Source: Geodia barretti
Taxonomy: Eukaryota
Length of the DNA stretch: 64,000 bases
NCBI GenBank assembly: GCA_030341885.1
Contig: CASHTH010003779.1
Location: 8,806-72,805, forward strand
Direction of reading: 5' to 3'
Positions 13,285-23,964 of this stretch are shown here, piece after piece. Position numbers and translations under genes: made by a program. The notes beneath the pieces were generated by a model. The model ran no database searches. It saw nothing but the letters and a program-made list of their open reading frames with translations, and was not told the DNA's origin. Position 1 is the first letter of the stretch. The number at the start of each line of letters is the position of its first letter.

Positions 13285-13862
13285 GTTCTGCCATTGACTC
13301 GAGCAAGCACAAGAAACGGCGACCCCGGGCCCTCTTCTCGCACGCCCAGGTCTACGAGCTGGAGCGACGCTTCACCGTCCAGAAGTATCTCACGGCGCAC
13401 GAGCGGGAACAGCTCGCGTCTATGCTGCACCTCACCGAGACGCAGGTAAAGATCTGGTTCCAGAACAGGCGCTACAAGAACAAGAGGCAGCAACTGGAGC
13501 ATGCCAGACTCTCCCCCAAGAGCTGCAAAGAGCTGAAAGACTGTACGGCTCTGTCTGGCTCGCCTCTGCCAGACTTCAAGCCCCAGAACTTCCCCGTCGC
13601 CACTGTCCCTCCCTTCGGTCTCAGCTTCACTACCCCGTCTACAGTTCCGCACACACACGCGCACGTCTGCACCCCGGAGGGCTACCTTCGTTACCCTCTC
13701 ATGAAACCGAACTTCTCGGCGCTCTCCAGCCCTCTTTACTGCCCTCCAACTGCAGCTACCAGTTTCCCTGCATTCTCTCCCCTCTGCCCCAGCTCACTCT
13801 CGCCCTACCAACCATTCCCCCATCCGTTACCTCACACACTCAAAGTCCCCGCCGAATTTTAA
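13285..13862 (+). CDS. NK-class homeobox gene, exon 2. It holds the full homeodomain (NK3/bagpipe-like) and a Pro-rich C-terminus.
   Basis: Acceptor gtgtgcag| at 13284. The homeodomain reads '[60 protein letters not shown]'. [22 protein letters not shown] and the absence of the NK2-specific tyrosine (QNHRYK) favour NK3 over NK2 and NK4. Stop at 13860-13862. An AATAAA signal lies at about 14051. Confidence 0.8.
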
Positions 13863-14176
13863 TTTATAGCACATCATTCACTGCATTTTGTTCATGATTG
13901 TAATCCGGCAATTTGTGTATGTTATCACCCTCACAAACTATATCACTTTTCTGGTCTTAAATCTTTTTCTGTGTTCACCACCACAAGTATACATAATCAC
14001 CTGATGATTCTCACAGCCTCCAAATCAGTTTCACAATCAAATTTGATTCTCAATAAACAAACGCAGTCGTGCAATAGAGAATGAAAGGGAAAACAAAGAG
14101 TTCCGAGCGGTGCTCCAAACAGCTTCAAAAACCACTAGTGCATGAACAGAGTCATGTGTACCATTGAATTTTCTTA

Positions 14177-15110
14177 TCAGTCTGCTACTTGGAGTCCGGA
14201 GGAGTAAGACTTTCTCTCATCCTCAATCAGCTTGTTCAAGTAGCACTCGTTTCCAGGTCTTTTGATCATGCCATCCCTGTGGTGCAGGAAATCACAAAAA
14301 TGGTATCCTAGCACACCAGAGTGCTGACAATATCTAAAGTACAATGTCCAATTAGTTTACGTAATGATCTAAAAGGAGCCGCAGGGTATTGTTGGTTAAC
14401 ACAGTATACTGTGACAACGCTTACTTACCAAGGCAGGTCGACCAGCCCACCCTTCTTGCAAATGTCGGCTTTGACTCTGGCCGCAAATTCAATTGCAGCC
14501 TCGTCCTTCTGCAAAACATGATGCACGGATGACATTAATACTCACTTACCGCCAGCCATCCCTGGTCTGATTGGTGCTAATTGCACGTTACTGACTCCGA
14601 TTGTGGTTGGTTCTAGGTAGTAGACGTCGCACACGATGGCCCAGCTGGTCATGAGCATGAAAATGTAGGTCAGCATGTTCTGTTCCTGGGAATTCCAGAA
14701 GGGGTCGGCAAACTCTCTGCGGTACTGGACCAATGGGACAGTAAGGGTGACCGAGACTTTCAAGACAAACACTGTCACACAGGCACAGAGGACATCTGTG
14801 CATGCAGAAGCTCAAGTAGTGTTTGCATAGCAATCTATTGGCACTTTCTGTGTTTCCACAGCTAATGAGAACGCACTAGCCTCTGCACTTGAGATAAGCA
14901 GTTGGTAAGGAGCTGGCAAGTAAGCACCCCCTACAGTAGCACCTAGGTCTAAAATAGTCACAACTTGCATGACCTGACAGACACGTGTGGGCATAGTATG
15001 TTTACCTTTATCACGACGGGATATATGGTGGCCCCGAGCTCAAAGCAGCCCTTTTTGAACATGAAAACGCCGGTATTATTGATGCATGTCCCTGCAGATG
15101 GCAAGAACCG
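14177..15110 (-). CDS. Multi-pass membrane protein of unknown family. At least 4 exons: about 15005-15107, about 14596-14775, about 14440-14518 and about 14177-14273 (stop).
   Basis: Conceptual splicing gives '...TCINNTGVFMFKKGCFELGATIYPVVIK / FVLKVSVTLTVPLVQYRREFADPFWNSQEQNMLTYIFMLMTSWAIVCDVYYLEPTTIG / KDEAAIEFAARVKADICKKGGLVDLPW / DGMIKRPGNECYLNKLIEDERKSYSSGLQVAD*'. Splice phases between the last three exons are consistent. Several hydrophobic helices are present. I recognise no family. Upstream exons were not resolved. Confidence 0.5.
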
Positions 15111-16569
15111 CTAATGAAGACACACTGCATGTTGTGAGCTAGTAAAAAACACATGCCTTTCCAACAGAGTGCCCTGGCAAAGGAATGGCTAGAGTTTCAG
15201 TTTTTTGTCTCTGTGACCACGTTATTTTTACAACTTTACTTTGTTTATTTTTTGGTAAGGGAGTTTGTTTATTCTGCTCACCCCATAGTATATACCTAAA
15301 TGTAGATGTGTGTGTATGTCCATATCAAATCCATCTCTTAGTCCAGTCAGTTTCTTTTTGCCTCACGCTCCAGCCACCACTAAAGCCCATATTAAAAACA
15401 ACCTTTCTCCAGTATCTAAATTCAGAACACTGTGTTTATACCATCAGAGAGGTAAAAACGCAATACGGTGGACACCTGCGTACTAGTTCCTTCGCTGTTC
15501 ATCCGTCACACACTCTAAACGCACAAGCACACACAAGTGCATGCACAGACAGTTGATTCCAAAGGAAAGAGTGCGGTATGTGCTCTCTGAGCCAGCCTTC
15601 AATTTATCACCTGGCACTTCCCCAACTCTTACATTATCGAGGCAGCTCCGGTCGGCCTTTGAAGTCGCCCGAGTCTCGCGGAGTTGTGGGCGCTGCCGGT
15701 GTAACTGCTGATGCACTCACACACACACATGCACACAGGCATACACTACACGTCAAAGGATGGGAATAAATGCACAGACTCTGTGTCAGCTCTTAGGATG
15801 CAGAGCCAGTCAGCTCAGCTCTGCAGCCAGCAGCAACAGTTCTCATCCATACACTAGGTGACTCAGCCTACACTCAGAGCCACAACAACCGGCTACCGGA
15901 ACGCACCTTAAAGGACCGTCCATTAATCCCAGTGCCTAACAACACTCCGTCAAGTCTCGTCGCACGTGTCGATCAAAGAACACTGGCAGGTCATTATTAA
16001 GCAGTTTCAATCCTCTGGATTCCAATTTGGCCACAGGACATCAAACAAACGGACTAGATCAGAGGATATGCTCGACAACAAACACCCAGACACCTTCCCT
16101 TAATCTCGAGCTCAGGCCACAGCACATAATAATTCTTAGTGTAAGCTACGCACATGACGTGATTAGGTGCCTGACCTTCTGGAAATATGAGGATCGGACT
16201 ATTGGACGGTTCCGAGATGTGCTCCTTTAGCCTGAAGCAGAAAAAAAAACAGCAGGACATTCAAAAGCTGTGTTTTTTAACTTATGTGCACACACACACA
16301 CAAGACTACATGCGTTTCCTTCCACAAGCTCGCACACACGCGCACTCACACGAAGAAAAAAAGCATGGAGCTGTTTGCTTATTTCAGTATGCTGTGTGCT
16401 GAGTGTAAACAGGCAACAGAGTGAAACTAAACCAACCCCACAAGAGGTGGAGTAGGGAGTGGGGGTAGCTATGGATCTTCAGCTGTCCAAGTGAAGACAC
16501 TCACCGTACTCTACGTACACACAGCTGTAGACGGTGTACAGATGTATGCCCACGCGATGCAAGAGAGGG

Positions 16570-16573
<4 letters not shown>

Positions 16574-16600
<27 letters not shown>
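16574..16600. repeat. (TG)n microsatellite, with a (GA)n run nearby at 16756-16787
   Basis: Direct runs. Confidence 0.9.
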
Positions 16601-17347
16601 CTCATCCCGTGACAACAGGCAGACTGAGTCACCTCTTGGCCACCATCTTACGGTCGGCGGCGACTTTCCTCTCGAACCAGATGTGTCTCTGGGCAAGGGA
16701 GCAGGCACTCTGGATGATCCCAGTGAACCCTCCATGCCTCTGACCAACCTGCAGCAGAGAGAGAGAGAGAGAGAGTGAGAGAGAGATACATTCAACTAGT
16801 AGGTATTAGCTCTTCCTTAGTGAGACCTTAGCACACAACGCAATGGTGCTAATTTTGATCACTGTTACTTACCACCACCAGCTAGTTTTACAACAGTTAG
16901 AATTCAAGGTCATGCCTCAAACATGCAACTACACCCAATAAAAAGTAGCTGTCACCAACATTAGGATCAAGAGGGCTTGTATATTCACACACACAACATC
17001 TCTAAGAGACACTCATACCCTCCCCAACCCCCTTAGAGCTGTATACAATAGAGACAGAGGCAAGAAGCCAGTCTCTGGGGTGTCTGCAGGTAATAGTGGG
17101 CTGAATTGAGGGTCTTTCTTTCAGATAGCCTTACCCTGTCTGCCAGTGTGTACCCTCAGAGGCCCTTGTTTTGCCCCGAGCACCAAATGAGAGCTCATTG
17201 TTATTAGATGGTTATCCACTTATTTCCAAGACAACACTCGACCAAAAACAATGAGCGCTGAGTGAAGGCACATGTGTGGTGCCATAGCAAAGTGTGTGCG
17301 TACTTACACACACTTACAGTGGGGAGTGGGGCGACGCTACATTTGCA

Positions 17348-17520
17348 GAAGGAGGAATTCAGGTTCTTGGCAAGAGGCGGTCGGGAGATGTGAAAAGCAT
17401 GCTTGTGGAGATTAGAGTGGACTAAGTGGCGCAGGCAGCGAGACTGACGCTGGGCCAACTCAGCTGTGGTCCACTCCCTTACAAGACATACCCGCCAAAT
17501 GGAGCCAGGCATGAAGATGG
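17348..17520 (-). repeat. Dispersed repeat copy B, in inverted orientation relative to 9950-10121
   Basis: Reverse complement is about 98% identical to copy A. Similarity ends abruptly at both edges. ORF 17204-17512 (-) is a translation of this repeat and is not a gene. Confidence 0.85.
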
Positions 17521-19550
17521 CATTTTACAGATGCAGGCTAGAGGATATAATAAATAAGAGGGCCTAGCTCACTGGAAAAGGAGATCTCAGCGAATCCGAT
17601 TTTATTTGTACCACAGACTATTGTGAGCCAGGAAACAATGAGGGGACAACTGACAGGGAGTGAGGTCCCTCAGCACAAGGCAAGTCCCAGACCCCAGACC
17701 CTACATTCCTGACAGGATGCCTGATGGTCAAGGCCACAATGCAGGCTCCCACAGCCAGTGTACATTGACCCGTTACCCACAGCCAGGGTCTGCCCACCCC
17801 TCATTGTGGAGACCTGGCTAGGAGTGGCCATATTAGACCACAGATGATCAACATTCCACAGGTTACTCAGCCCTTCTGCCCTTCACCCTCCTTCTCCCTT
17901 CTCCCTCACCCCTTGAGGTCCCTCTCCTGTTAGTCTACAGCCATTTGTGTGTTATCTTTCCTGCAGCTTGCAGGGAGTTGTTGTTCTGCTGTAGCTACGC
18001 TAACAAGGACACCATACACCAGTACAGCCGCAGTCCGCACACCTGGCCTATCAAGCTCACTGGGTGGAGGTGCTGCACAAGCACTCGTAAGTAACAAATC
18101 TAATCCAAGTATACACACACTGAATTAGTTTAGACTGTAGTATCTGGAGAGCCACGAGATAAGTGTTTTCATTCATAATGCAGCGTCAGTATAACGTAAA
18201 CGTATTGTACATCGATACACACAGACAGACGTGTACAGTGTGTGTGTGTGTGTGTGTACATATACAGATGAGCTGGTAATCTAGTGTGATGTGTGCAAAA
18301 TAAAGAGTGGGTTTATACCCACGACCTCTTGCACTAAGTATTCTCCAAGTGTCTGTCCACTTGACTGCTCCCACCTGTGGCAGGTTGGCAGCTGGCCTCC
18401 GTCTTCAAGAGCACCTGAATTCCTCCGCTGGCAGAGCCCAAACCACTGCCCCCGAACGCTGCCAAGGAGACAAATGCAGCCTACGAGTCCACCCAGTGGA
18501 GAACACCTCCGCCTCTGTACTGCTGTCTCGCGCGCGCATGTAGCGGCGGTCGCAGTTTGCTGGCAGGTTCCCCTTCCTGCCCCTTAGTTTTGAATGCAAA
18601 TCAAATTCTCGTTCCAAGGATGGTGTGGGAGCGCTGTGTTACATATGGAAGAGAGCTATACATCCCAGAATGCTCCCATTAGTCCAAACACTCTGCGGAA
18701 TTCCACTAAAACACTCTATCTTTCATTTCGAGCTCAAATATAGTGGAGCTGGCAAGACTACAATACAATACGGAATATCATGTATGTATGTATGTTTGTA
18801 TGCCCACTGGCATGTAAGTGTTTGGCTTACAAGAGTGAAGCAATTGTCGACTGCCAGCATCACAATGTCAATTGGAGTGGTGTGATTAGCAACCACCACA
18901 CTCCCACACTTTGCTCTGTTCTGCCTGCGAGAAGAAAAAAACGCAAAACACACAAAACCATGAAAAAGAGTCGGATTATTACACCTGAAACAAAGGCGGG
19001 CCAGCTGAACCGGATATTATATCATTTTTTAGCTCCGTGTCAATGCACACGTGGTAGCTAAAAAGAGTACGATCAACCAGCTATACACCTTGGCTCCATG
19101 TTACACTAATTGTATATGGAGAGAGTGCTACTAGAGTATAATATGTGTATGTAGTATGACAAGGAGAGTGGTAGGTAGGTAGGCATACACACACCTGGAT
19201 ACAACGAGTGCATCGTGTTTTTGCTGTGTACCGCCACTTAAAACACGATGCGGTCTCCATTTCCCCCAACAAACGTTTGCACAAAGAGAAAGGAGCGCGG
19301 CGTGAATGGGCTGTTTCCAAACGGGCGCCAGGTAATGGAGTGGCAGCGTCAAAGGTGAATGGAGGCAGGCTAACTCGGCGTCTTGTTGGTCCAACAAATG
19401 ACCAATGTCATGAGGCAAATCGGTGGGTAGACCTAGCAATTCTCCACTTCCACAAGCTACATCTACACCATATGCCTGTCTGGGCATTCGGGACCCAAAA
19501 CCTGATTATTAGAGGTCCCCGTATTAGCAGAGGGAAAGCAGTTTATACAC

Positions 19551-19835
19551 GCGGCATTCAACATCATACGTACTGCCAAACTCATAGTAGCGTAATGTAT
19601 GTGTGTGATATACAACGGGTTGTGTTGTTGTGACAGCTGTGAAGTAGCGCATGATCGACTGACAGACCATTTGAGTAGCGTCGGCATTCAACATCATACG
19701 TACTGCCAAACTCATTACGTAGCGTATATGTATGTTGTGTGTATTATACTAACGGGTTGTGTATGTTGATGACAGCTGTGAACGTAGCTGCAATGAGTCG
19801 ACTGCAGACCATTGTACAGTAGCGTTCGGCATTCA
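19551..19835. repeat. Tandem repeat, about 130-bp unit, about 2.2 copies
   Basis: 'g(t)cggcattcaacatcatacgtactgccaaactcat...gggttgtgt...gacagctgtgaa...' starts again at about 19680. A third partial copy begins at about 19823. Confidence 0.8.
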
Positions 19836-20384
19836 GCTTCCACCTGAAATACGACACACAATAAACACACACCACACACACACACACGGAAATACGAACA
19901 ATTGGTGGCAGTACACAGAGGTGGCACGAGGCATCACTCGCACCTTCCCCTGAAATCTGGCATGTTCGGGTGACCATGTTGAGGTGTTGTAGATGCAGGA
20001 CAAAGAGCCAAAAATCGGGGCATTTTCCAAGAAATGGTGCTAATACTATGATTCTCTGTCTCTCTGTCTCACTCTCTCTCTCTCGGAATTGCTTTTGGCG
20101 TAATCTACTAGAGGAAATACCATGCATTTTTGGCGAGCAAGCAAGACCGAGAGCGTGCGTGACCTTTGAACCACTCTAATTGATGTTCACCCACGTGCAA
20201 ATGTCTTGTCTGAGACCATCGGATAGCTTACAGAAAAATTACGCAATTCACTTTTCTTTGCTCACTCACCACACTAGTATATTATACTCACGGAGCGGTG
20301 GGTACAAATAGGTTGAGAATGGAGAAGGCGATCATGATTGAGAACAGCCATATCAGACTGGTGAGCCCTATAGGGAGTCTGTAT

Positions 20385-20478
20385 AGAGAGGAGGGAGAGG
20401 GAGAGGAAGGGAGAGAGGAGGGAGAGGGAGAGGGAGAGGAAGGGAGAGAGGAGGGAGAGGGAGAGGAAGGGAGCGAGA
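20385..20478. repeat. Purine-rich (GGGAGAGGAAG-type) minisatellite
   Basis: The gagggagagggagaggaagggagagaggag unit is repeated. ORFs 20288-20665 and 20298-20552 are translations of this repeat. Confidence 0.85.
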
Positions 20479-20799
20479 TGAGACAGCTAAGTACATCCTC
20501 CCCAGCAGCAGGAGTGAGAAAATTTAACATGGCGGAAAACAACAGTAAATAGTACGATGTGTACCTGACAATGAAGAAGGCACCAAAACGGAAGAGTATG
20601 GAGAGCCACAGGAGAATCTCATATCCAATTCTGTACCACATACACACACACACACCACAACACACTCAGTGTCAGAGTAGAGGAGGTTAGGGAGAGAGGC
20701 TTAACCCCATGTTGAGTTGCATCTGAGTCCTCGTCAGGAAATTCCACTGCTCCACCTCTGGAAACGAGGAGCACACTGCTGACTCTCAACAAACACTAT

Positions 20800-21150
20800 A
20801 GTTTATTCATCCACTACACTATTGTCCGATACACTAGTACGACATTGTAACATTGTATATACACACATAAGATTATGGAGAGAGGCTGGTTCGATGCTCA
20901 CAGTCGCAAGCTCGCTCACCTTCAGTTGTGAAACGATGGGTGACCTCATCATCAACAATAACCTGCAGGAGCGAGTGTGGAATTTGGATACTTTCAAATC
21001 ACATATAATTATAGTGACTGACAGGTCCAGCGTTATGACCTTTGAACTGATTACAAGGCTTAGAGTCTCCCTGGGTAGGCCACGACACTCTGCTTTCTAG
21101 GCGAGCGCTCTACCAACTGAGCTACCAGGATATCTTTACCCTGTGTGGGC
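20800..21150 (-). mobile_element. tRNA-derived SINE, with its tRNA-like head at about 21075-21135
   Basis: The minus strand reads 'tcctggtagctcagttggtagagcgctcgcctagaaagcagagtgtcgtggcc'. This is a canonical tRNA D-arm/box A (TAGCTCAGTTGGTAGAGCGC) and anticodon-stem-like region. There is no T-arm (GGTTCGANTCC) and no acceptor 3' end, which points to a SINE and not a tRNA gene. The 5' extent of the body is undetermined. Confidence 0.5.
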
Positions 21151-21539
21151 CACGGTGGATGAGCATGCTCACTCTCGACGATTATTCTTTGCTACTGATG
21201 TTGACGACCATACAAACCTGGACTCCGGTCTTGACAAAGTCGCACACGTCATCCAACTTAAATCCTCGTTTGAACGAACCAAATGACTTCACTCGACTCA
21301 TTCCCTCCATCCCATAGCCATCGAACTCTGACCCCGCACAGACATTGATAGGGGGAGGGGGAGGAGTCCAAATGGAGAGAAAAGTGATTAATACTTATAG
21401 AGTTTGTTGCCAGTGCCAAATCATTACATTTGGTTGTGCAAACATGTGTACATACTAAGTGTTCTTAAAACCCATCCAAAATGGTGTAGTGGAACAGTTA
21501 GAGCTCGCATGCACACACACTATATATATACAACTGTCT

Positions 21540-22895
21540 TTACCGTCCCCATATTGCCGCTGCATGCTCCCATTCTTAGGGGCCGGCTTCATCGGCTTCA
21601 TACCTACCAACTGGAACAGAGGGAAAAGTGGGGGGCATTTATGAGCATACCAAACCCTTCAGTGAGGAGGTGTGGGACTGGACCTCATAATCAAAGTTAC
21701 TGAGTGTGTTACCCGGTAGAGCCATCTCAGGAGCTCGATGTACTTCACGCGGAAGGTGTTGATCCCAAACAGTGCCGTGATGAAATTGTAGACGAGCAGA
21801 GCGGCCCAGAGGGTCCCTGCTATCCAGAGCACCGTGCCCATGATGGCCACGCCTACAGCTAGCAGCTGGCGGTTTATATGGCTTGCAGTCAAGACATAAA
21901 ATACTGAAGACTTGGGAAACGATTCTCACCGTCAGTGTAAGAACGCCTCGGCGGTCTGGACGAGCTCAGAATCACTACTGGGCTTTAGGGAGTCGAGAGA
22001 AGCCTGCATGCAAGTCAGAAGCCACACCTACTGCAATGCGCATGCGCTGTATACGGGGTAAGTACGCATGCGCAAAAGGTTTTCTACATACACACCGACG
22101 ATAAGTAATCTACGGTCGCCACTGTCTGTCTTGTGACTCGTCTTTCACGACTCTTGCTTTTGACCCACTCAGCATCCACTGCTGGGTGTTTAAACGACCT
22201 CCTCATCACTCAGAACTGATGGAACAGACAATTGATACCATTGCCATGGAATGCACAACTCACCTCGATCGACAAAATGTACCACTAGTCCTCTCATGAA
22301 CTGCTAACTCTCTTTCATACTCAGCTGCAGATATAATAGCACTCATGCAGGCAAATATTAATTTTCCGCACTCACTCCACAGGAGACGGCCGTAAGCCGG
22401 TGAATGAGCCAATGCAATGCTGCTACACACGTCCTCAAATTTTGCAGGCTCTCTCTCAACAGCCGCTAAAATCTCCTGCACAAGGTATTCTGACTTGCCT
22501 ACGGCGTTACTGAGACCAGAAAACACTGGCGAGCCGGTCACGTTGTTGGAGTAGAGGATTGCAACGAGGCATGTGATGCTGACTCCCTTGCAGAGCTGTG
22601 TGGAGTGCCGGTGGAGGGTGGCCATGATGGCGGCTTTCTTGTTCTCCGTAACCTCTCCCACTTCCATCACCTGCTCTATCTCCAGGTCTAGAACAGCTGC
22701 AAGGTCCACCAAAAACAAATCGTTAAAGTGTTTTGGGCTTTTGTTTGTGTTGGTTAGTTCCAACAACGCGAGTGGCTGGCAGTTGAATGGACAGTGTTGA
22801 TACAACTCACTCTCGTGTTGAGCATCCAGTGACCAGTCAACACTACTGGTGCTTGGGGAATTGTTGGAGACTGTCTCATCAGCACTGAGCAGCAT
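21540..22895 (-). CDS. Multi-exon gene of unknown family. Exon 1 is about 22262-22895 and encodes a 210-aa N-terminal region. Exon 2 is about 21716-21888 and encodes a transmembrane/hydrophobic segment. A possible third exon lies at about 21540-21650.
   Basis: Exon 1 reads 'MLLSADETVSNNSPSTSS...NDLFLVDLAAVLDLEIEQVMEVGEVTENKKAAIMATLHRHSTQLCKGVSITCLVAILYSNNVTGSPVFSGLSNAVGKSEYLVQEILAAVEREPAKFEDVCSSIALAHSPAYGRLLWSECGKLIFACMSAIISAAEYERELAVHERTSGTFCRS'. It ends exactly at the consensus donor AG|GTGAGT; the apparent TGA stop is part of that donor. With matching phase, acceptor gcaag| leads into 'SHINRQLLAVGVAIMGTVLWIAGTLWAALLVYNFITALFGINTFRVKYIELLRWLYR' and then donor CGG|GTAACA. I cannot name the protein. 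A Bcl-2-like reading is speculative and is described in the findings. Confidence 0.5.
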
Positions 22896-23650
22896 TGCTG
22901 GCTGTGGCACTGTTTTGGAAGCATATCAAGACAGCAGAATTATGCAAGCATTTTCAATGCAAAATAATTAGCTACTGCTTCTAACCACTTTTTTTATCAT
23001 GTGCGATAATGTTGCCCATAACAATTGAGTCATCATCGCTTAAGTTCACATGCTCCACAGTTTCAAGACAGACATCCACCCATGATCCTCTCAGTTTCCA
23101 GTTGCACACTTGCGGCCCCACAAGATACTCATCAGGGTCTGGTTGACATCAAAGCAAGCATGCTTATATACTCACACAACTGTAGAAAAGGGGCTTCATA
23201 CGCTTTTGAGTGCAGATGTTTTGGTAGTGTAATTGACCACATCTCACCAGAGCTAGCTGGTCACGCTATTTTATACAGCCCACCGCGTATACAAGGCAGC
23301 GATAGCTATTGGCTCATGTGCAAATCTAACACCAGATTTCGAAGTTCAAGGTCGACAGATGACGTTTGTCGTAGTGGTGAGGTTTTTATCACTGCTGTGC
23401 AATGCAGTTTGCTAGCTGTATATATTAGCAATCGGGGCTGACGGCAGTGCTCCTGTGCAAATGTTCGTCACTCACTAGTGCCTACTGCTACCACCACCTT
23501 ACCAGATCAGGCAGCAGCAGGACTCACCGGCTTTCTTTCTCCACGAATTTCCCATTTCAGGTCACTCTGGCATCCATCACGATCATTGCTAGCTGAGCTA
23601 GCTGGACGTCGGCGTCGGTCGACGAGCGAAACGGGACTTGATTCAATCCC

Positions 23651-23687
23651 GCGCATGCGCAACCACGCATTCACACTGCGCATGCGC
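23651..23687. promoter_or_regulatory. Two perfect NRF-1-type palindromes (GCGCATGCGC) 27 bp apart. This is the likely promoter of the minus-strand gene at 21540-22895. It also lies 3' of PDCD4.
   Basis: 'cccgcgcatgcgcaaccacgcattcacactgcgcatgcgcatatcg'. GCGCATGCGC is the established NRF-1 consensus. Confidence 0.45.
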
Positions 23688-23964
23688 ATATCGGAGGGCG
23701 TCCAGCGCGCGCGCGCACACACGCGCCACGATGCAATTTCAAAGGAAAGATCATCTGACAGATCATTACACCGAGGTCTTGGTTTATAAAAGACAAGTGA
23801 CCTGAATGCGACAAGATGAGAGGGATGGGGCACACACAGGCTAGTGCTGTAATACACAACTTGAGGGGACACGACAGGTTGATAGGTTCAGTCACAACTG
23901 AGGTATGTACTACAGTATTACAGTGTCCAATCCTTTTTTGTAGTCCAGATTAAAGGGGTTTGCC

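Noticed and set aside
12627-13672. Minus-strand ORFs (12627-12878, 12854-13186, 12898-13251, 13248-13664) antisense to the homeobox gene
   Set aside because: These are GC-rich antisense frames opposite a strongly supported homeodomain CDS. They have Arg/Ser-rich composition typical of antisense artefacts.
15100-16500. A possible additional gene between the membrane-protein gene and the repeat at 17348
   Set aside because: There are only short ORFs with microsatellite-derived composition. The CpG-rich stretch at about 15600-15760 is more likely the 5' UTR or promoter of the minus-strand membrane-protein gene. This is too weak to call.
17204-17512. ORF 17204-17512 (-), with the same peptide encoded at 9958-10125 (+)
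   Set aside because: It is a translation of the 170-bp dispersed repeat present in two copies. The ORF continues into unique non-coding sequence.
21075-21135. A functional tRNA gene
   Set aside because: The D-arm is perfect but there is no T-arm/box B and no acceptor stem partner. I interpret it as a SINE head.
23478-23895. ORFs 23478-23789 (+), 23507-23872 (-) and 23671-23895 (-)
   Set aside because: They overlap the CpG/NRF-1 promoter region. They are Arg/Ala-rich and have no splice context. They are GC-content artefacts.
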